DNA from: Prochlorococcaceae cyanobacterium
Lineage (GTDB): Bacteria; Cyanobacteriota; Cyanobacteriia; PCC-6307; Cyanobiaceae
Direction of reading: 5' to 3'
Length of the DNA stretch: 55,041 nt
Assembly: GCA_040399225.1 (NCBI GenBank)
Contig: JBBASN010000001.1
Location: forward strand, 1-55,041
The notes beneath the pieces are model-generated. The model searched no databases. It worked only from the letters and a program-made list of their open reading frames with translations, and had not been told where the DNA came from. Position numbers and translations under genes: made by a program. Positions 50,788 to 55,041 of the stretch are shown in pieces. The first letter of the stretch is position 1; each line of letters begins with the position of its first letter.

Positions 50788-50996
50788 GAATCTGCTTTGC
50801 CGGTAGGGAAACCTGGAGCAAAGGACAGCGCAGCCTGATGGCCTTGAGTGAGCCGGTCGTTTGCGCTGTAGGTCGACTTTAAAACATCGCCGCCCTTCCC
50901 CAGGCGTGCCCCCCGGCGAAGCCGGGAGCCTGGAGCCTGGGGAGGGGTGATCAGTCACCATGGCAGCCTCAGCCCTGTCGCTTCAGCGCCCACCCC

Positions 50997-52517
50997 GTGA
51001 GCATCGCCCAGTCCACCGTCGATGGTTCGCCCCTGCTGCGGGGGGATCGGCCCGGGGATGGGCAGGCGCACAGCCAGGCCAGCCAACAGGTGGACGTGCT
51101 GATCGTGGGGGGAGGCGTGTGTGGCACGGCTCTGCTGTTCGAGTTGGCCCGCTACACGGATCTGGCCCGCCTCGCCCTTGTGGAGCGCTACGACGCGCTG
51201 GCGCGGGTGAACTCCAGGGCCACCAACAACAGCCAGACCATCCACTGCGGTGATATCGAGACCAACTACACCCTCGAGAAGGCCCTGAAGGTGAAGCGCA
51301 CGGCCGAGATGATCGTGCACTACGCCGAGCTGCTGGATCCGGCGGTGCGCGAGCACTGTGTGTTCCGCACCCCCAAGATGGTGCTGGCCGTGGGCGAGCA
51401 GGAGTGCGCCTTCCTGCGGGAGCGCTTTGAACGCTTTTCTCCCCACTTTCCGGCCATGGAGCTGCTGGAGAAGGAGCAGATCGCCGCGTGGGAGCCGGCT
51501 GTGGCGCTGGTCGATGGCCAGCTGCGCCCTGAGGAACTGCTGGCCATCGGCATCCGCAGCACGTACACCGCTGTGGATTACGAGGCGCTCTCCCAGTCGT
51601 TTGTGGATCAGGCCCGCGCGGCGATTGCCGCGAGCAACGCCATCACAGACGATGCTCACGCCGACTCAGGATGCCGCCGGCTGGATCTGCATCTGGGCAC
51701 CACCGTGCGGGAGATCGTGCCGGAAGGCGACCTCTTCCGGGTGACCCTGGCCCCCACCCCCGGCTGCAGCGCTGGGTGGACTTCCGACGGCATGGCACTG
51801 GCCCCCCAGGAGATCCTGGCCCGCCACGTGGTGGTGAACGCCGGCGCCCACAGCCTGCTGATGGCCCAGCGGATGGGCTTCGGCCTGGAGTACTCCTGCC
51901 TGCCGGTGGCCGGCAGCTTCTACTTCACGCCCGATCTCCTCAAGGGCAAGGTGTACACGGTGCAGAACGACAAGCTGCCCTTCGCCGCCATCCACGGCGA
52001 CCCAGACGTGCGCGCGCCCGGGAAGACCCGCTTCGGGCCTACGGCTCTTCTGCTACCTCTGCTGGAGCGCTACAAGCCCGCCTCCTTCTGGGAGTTTCTC
52101 AAGGTGCTGCGGCTGGATTGGGCGGTGCTGGCGGTGTTCTGGCAGCTCTTTCGCATCGCCGACATCCGCAACTACATCCTCAAGAACCTGCTGTTCGAGG
52201 TGCCCTGGCTGCGGCGGCGTCTATTTCTGGCCGATGCCCGCAAGATTGTGCCCGGCATGCAGCTGGGCGATCTCCGTTTCGCCGAGGGCTATGGCGGTGT
52301 GCGGCCCCAGCTGATCGACAAGGCCAACCGCAAACTGATGCTTGGCGAGGCCAGCATCCCCGCTCTGCCGGGCCTGGTGTTCAACGTCACTCCCTCGCCG
52401 GGCGGCACTTGCTGCCTGGGCAATGCTGCCCGGGATCTGGAGGCGATTGCCGATCGTCTCGGCTGTGGATTCGACCGGAAACGGCTGGCGCGGGAGCTCT
52501 ACGGGGAGGTTGGCTGA
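50997..52517 (+). CDS. FAD-dependent oxidoreductase, malate:quinone oxidoreductase-like
   Basis: GGGVCG dinucleotide fold, NNSQTIHCGDIETNY, LPFAAIHGDPD, RFGPTA, GGVRPQ, TPSPG; start uncertain. Confidence 0.8.
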   Translation: MSIAQSTVDGSPLLRGDRPGDGQAHSQASQQVDVLIVGGGVCGTALLFELARYTDLARLALVERYDALARVNSRATNNSQTIHCGDIETNYTLEKALKVKRTAEMIVHYAELLDPAVREHCVFRTPKMVLAVGEQECAFLRERFERFSPHFPAMELLEKEQIAAWEPAVALVDGQLRPEELLAIGIRSTYTAVDYEALSQSFVDQARAAIAASNAITDDAHADSGCRRLDLHLGTTVREIVPEGDLFRVTLAPTPGCSAGWTSDGMALAPQEILARHVVVNAGAHSLLMAQRMGFGLEYSCLPVAGSFYFTPDLLKGKVYTVQNDKLPFAAIHGDPDVRAPGKTRFGPTALLLPLLERYKPASFWEFLKVLRLDWAVLAVFWQLFRIADIRNYILKNLLFEVPWLRRRLFLADARKIVPGMQLGDLRFAEGYGGVRPQLIDKANRKLMLGEASIPALPGLVFNVTPSPGGTCCLGNAARDLEAIADRLGCGFDRKRLARELYGEVG

Positions 52518-53299
52518 GCCGGCACGTCGTCTTCCGGTACACCACCCCGGAACAGGTGGTTGTGGCTGGCGGAGTAGAGCTTGGAGCGGGCCTGCTCGGG
52601 GGCAGCCAGGGCCGGGCTCACCACATAGAGGGTGGTGCGGATCAGGTTGCGCTCGCGGCTCACCTTGGCCATCTGGCTCAGGGATACCACCGTGATCCAC
52701 TGGTCAGGCCAGCTCACCCGGTAGCCAATGGCCACGGGAGTGTCGGCGGGATAGTGGCGCAGCAGCTCGGCCTGCACATCGTCGACGTGGCGCGCGGAGA
52801 GGTAGAGGCAGAGGGAGGCGCGCAGGGCGGCCAGCCGCTCCAGCGATTCGGTTTCCGGCACGCCGGTGCGGCCGCCGGCGCGGCTGAGCACGATCGTCTG
52901 CACCAGCCCGGGGATGGTGAGCTCGGCGCCGAGGGCAGCGGCGGTGGCCTGGTAGGCGCTGATGCCGGGCACCACCTCCACGCCGATGCTCGCATCGGCC
53001 AGGCGGCAGATCTGCTCGGCCAGGGCGCCGTAGAGGCAGGGGTCGCCGTCGTGCAGGCGCACCACCCGTTTGCCGGCAGTGACCCGCTCCTGAACCACCG
53101 CCAGCACCTCCTCAAGGGTGAGGGTGCTGGTACGGATCCGTTCGCAGCCTTCGGGGGCCAGCGCGGCGATCTGGGGATTAACCAGGGAGTCGGTGTACAC
53201 CAGCACCTCGGCCTGCTCAATCAAGCGGGCCGCCCTGAGGGTGAGCAGGTCGGGTGCACCAGGCCCGGCACCCACGATCCAGAGGCGTGGGGTGGTCAA
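52499..53299 (-). CDS. cobM: Precorrin-4 C11-methyltransferase
   Basis: [41 protein letters not shown]; TTG start inferred. Confidence 0.95.
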   Translation of the reverse strand: MTTPRLWIVGAGPGAPDLLTLRAARLIEQAEVLVYTDSLVNPQIAALAPEGCERIRTSTLTLEEVLAVVQERVTAGKRVVRLHDGDPCLYGALAEQICRLADASIGVEVVPGISAYQATAAALGAELTIPGLVQTIVLSRAGGRTGVPETESLERLAALRASLCLYLSARHVDDVQAELLRHYPADTPVAIGYRVSWPDQWITVVSLSQMAKVSRERNLIRTTLYVVSPALAAPEQARSKLYSASHNHLFRGGVPEDDVPAQPTSP

Positions 53300-54153
53300 C
53301 GAACCACTCCAACCGGGTCTGGCAGGGCGCGGCGCCGTCCCAGCAGCCACCACAGGCCCAGGCCCCCCAGGGCGATCAGCAGCAGACTCACCAGCTGGGC
53401 CATGCGCAGGCCACCTTCACAGAAGGGCGGCTCGGCGAACAGGCAGAGGGGGTCGATGCGCAGACCCTCGATCCACACCCGGCCGCTGCTGTAGGCCATC
53501 AGGTACACGCAGCTGAGGGCCCCGGCCGGCAGCTGGATCTGTCCCCGGCTGGCCTGGCGGAACAACACCAGTAACAGCACACAGACCCCAACATTCCAGA
53601 GGGATTCGTAGAGAAAAGTGGGGTGGAAGTAGAGCTGTTCCAGAAATTCCGGCGGCCGGTTGGCGGCAGGGATCCTCAGTTTCCAGGGCAGATCGGTGGG
53701 CACACCGAAGGCCTCGGAGTTGAAGAAGTTGCCCCAGCGGCCGATGGCCTGTCCCAGGGCCACCGCCGGCACGAGCACATCGAGCAGGGGCCAGAAGGGC
53801 TGGCGTCGCCACCGGCAATAGAGGATCGTGGTGAGAACCCCACCGATCAGGGCGCCGTGGATGGCGATGCCGCCGCGCCAGATCGCCAGCGCCTCGATCG
53901 GATTGGCGGCGTACTGGCGCCATTCCAGGGCCACGTAGTAGATCCGGGCACCGATCACGGCACCCAGCACCAGCAGGGGCAGCAGATCGGCGATCAGGGC
54001 AGGCTCAATGCCCCTGGCGTTCCCCAGCCGTGTGGCCAGGGTCAGGCCGGCGAGCACCGCCAGGGCGATCAGCAGCCCATACCAGCGCAGTGCAAAGGGG
54101 CCCAGCTGGAAAACCAGGGGCCCCGGGGATGTGAAGGCGAACAGGGGAGTCAA
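53296..54153 (-). CDS. lgt: Prolipoprotein diacylglyceryl transferase
   Basis: [33 protein letters not shown]. Confidence 0.97.
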   Translation of the reverse strand: MTPLFAFTSPGPLVFQLGPFALRWYGLLIALAVLAGLTLATRLGNARGIEPALIADLLPLLVLGAVIGARIYYVALEWRQYAANPIEALAIWRGGIAIHGALIGGVLTTILYCRWRRQPFWPLLDVLVPAVALGQAIGRWGNFFNSEAFGVPTDLPWKLRIPAANRPPEFLEQLYFHPTFLYESLWNVGVCVLLLVLFRQASRGQIQLPAGALSCVYLMAYSSGRVWIEGLRIDPLCLFAEPPFCEGGLRMAQLVSLLLIALGGLGLWWLLGRRRALPDPVGVVR

Positions 54154-54201
54154 ATCGCTTGGATCAGGAGATCAGCCGCAGTGGCCCGGTTTGGGCCGTG
54201 A

Positions 54202-55041
54202 TCAGACGATGCCTTCGGCGGCCTGCACTTTCTCCACCTGACGCTTCTTAAGCACCAGCATGATCTGGGCCAGGGCGATGGCAGCAAAGAAGGCGAGCAG
54301 ACCGTAGATGCGAACCGGGTTCTGCAGCACGATCTCGGCGTCAATCTGGCCGAAGCCGCCCACATTGGGGTCGTTGGTAAGCGGGGCGCCGGCGGCGACG
54401 CTGTCACCCACCGCCACGAGCAGGCTGGGACCAGCCGGGACGGTTTCGCTGACCGTGCTGCCATCCTCGGCGGTGATCTCCACCACCGTTGCACCGCCAT
54501 CGCCGGCCGTGATGGCTGTCACGCTGCCGGCCGCAGGGGCGTTGTACGCGGTGTTGTTGCTCTTCTCACCGGTGGGGTACACCTGGCCGCGGCCGCGGTT
54601 GCCGCCCACATGCAGCTGGTACTTGCCGAAATGGATGTTGCTGTCGGTGCCGGGATCGGGCGAGAGCACGGGGAACACGATCTCCTGGTGGTCATCGCCC
54701 GGCAGGGGGCCCACCAACAGAATGTTGGGCTGGTCGTCGGAGTACTGGGTGTAGTAGATGCCGGCGGTCTCCTCCTTGAGCTCCTCACTGAGGCGGTCCT
54801 GAGGGGCGAGGGTGAAGCCGTCGGGCAGCATCACCACGGCGCCCACGTTCAGACCGGTGGCGCTGCCGTCACCGGCAATCTGCTGCACGGAGGTGTCGTA
54901 GGGGATCTCCACCACGGCCTTGAACACCGTGTCGGGGAACACGGCCTGGGGCACCTCCACCCTGGTGGCCTTCTTGGCCAGGTGGCAGTTGGCGCAGACG
55001 ATCTTGCCGGTGGCCTCGCGGGGGCTGGCGTAGTTCTGCTG
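54202..55041 (-). CDS. petA: Cytochrome f, 5'-truncated by window edge
   Basis: ..[18 protein letters not shown] heme motif at the edge, [20 protein letters not shown]-like motif, C-terminal TM and LKKRQ. Confidence 0.98.
   Translation of the reverse strand, partial: QQNYASPREATGKIVCANCHLAKKATRVEVPQAVFPDTVFKAVVEIPYDTSVQQIAGDGSATGLNVGAVVMLPDGFTLAPQDRLSEELKEETAGIYYTQYSDDQPNILLVGPLPGDDHQEIVFPVLSPDPGTDSNIHFGKYQLHVGGNRGRGQVYPTGEKSNNTAYNAPAAGSVTAITAGDGGATVVEITAEDGSTVSETVPAGPSLLVAVGDSVAAGAPLTNDPNVGGFGQIDAEIVLQNPVRIYGLLAFFAAIALAQIMLVLKKRQVEKVQAAEGIV

Overview
High-GC, gene-dense window that reads as a picocyanobacterial (Cyanobium/Synechococcus-like) chromosome. The assignment rests on cyanobacterial marker proteins (PetA, NdhB, Vipp1, Ycf46, DUF2808, AroH-type chorismate mutase, aa3-type ctaCDE). 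Most of it is housekeeping: murE (partial), aqpZ, a class V aminotransferase, the rpmH-rnpA-PH-yidC-yceD-ycf46 block, sppA-aroH, a DMT-GT4-ArnT block, vipp1-trx-aminotransferase-birA, ndhB, topA, cobT, riboflavin synthase, the cytochrome c oxidase cluster (ctaCDE divergent from ctaA-ctaB-ABC), nanE, groEL2, fabG, ispD, ldcA, ubiA, ppx, a rodZ-like gene, tRNA-Val(CAC), an Mqo-like flavoprotein, cobM, lgt and petA (partial). I found no transposase, integrase, prophage, CRISPR array or defence system, and I cannot support a claim of a large novel system. The best leads are small-scale: (1) a perfect TGTGA-N6-TCACA CRP-type site centred at -61.5 from an inferred ctaC start site; (2) a tandem (M/L)DH(A/G)A His/Met repeat inside CtaC; (3) a dense palindrome/repeat cluster between the rodZ-like gene and tRNA-Val; (4) two uncharacterised secreted or membrane proteins near murE/aqpZ, one with an expanded KGYD repeat. 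Start codons were chosen by eye, and all product calls come from motif recognition without database searches.
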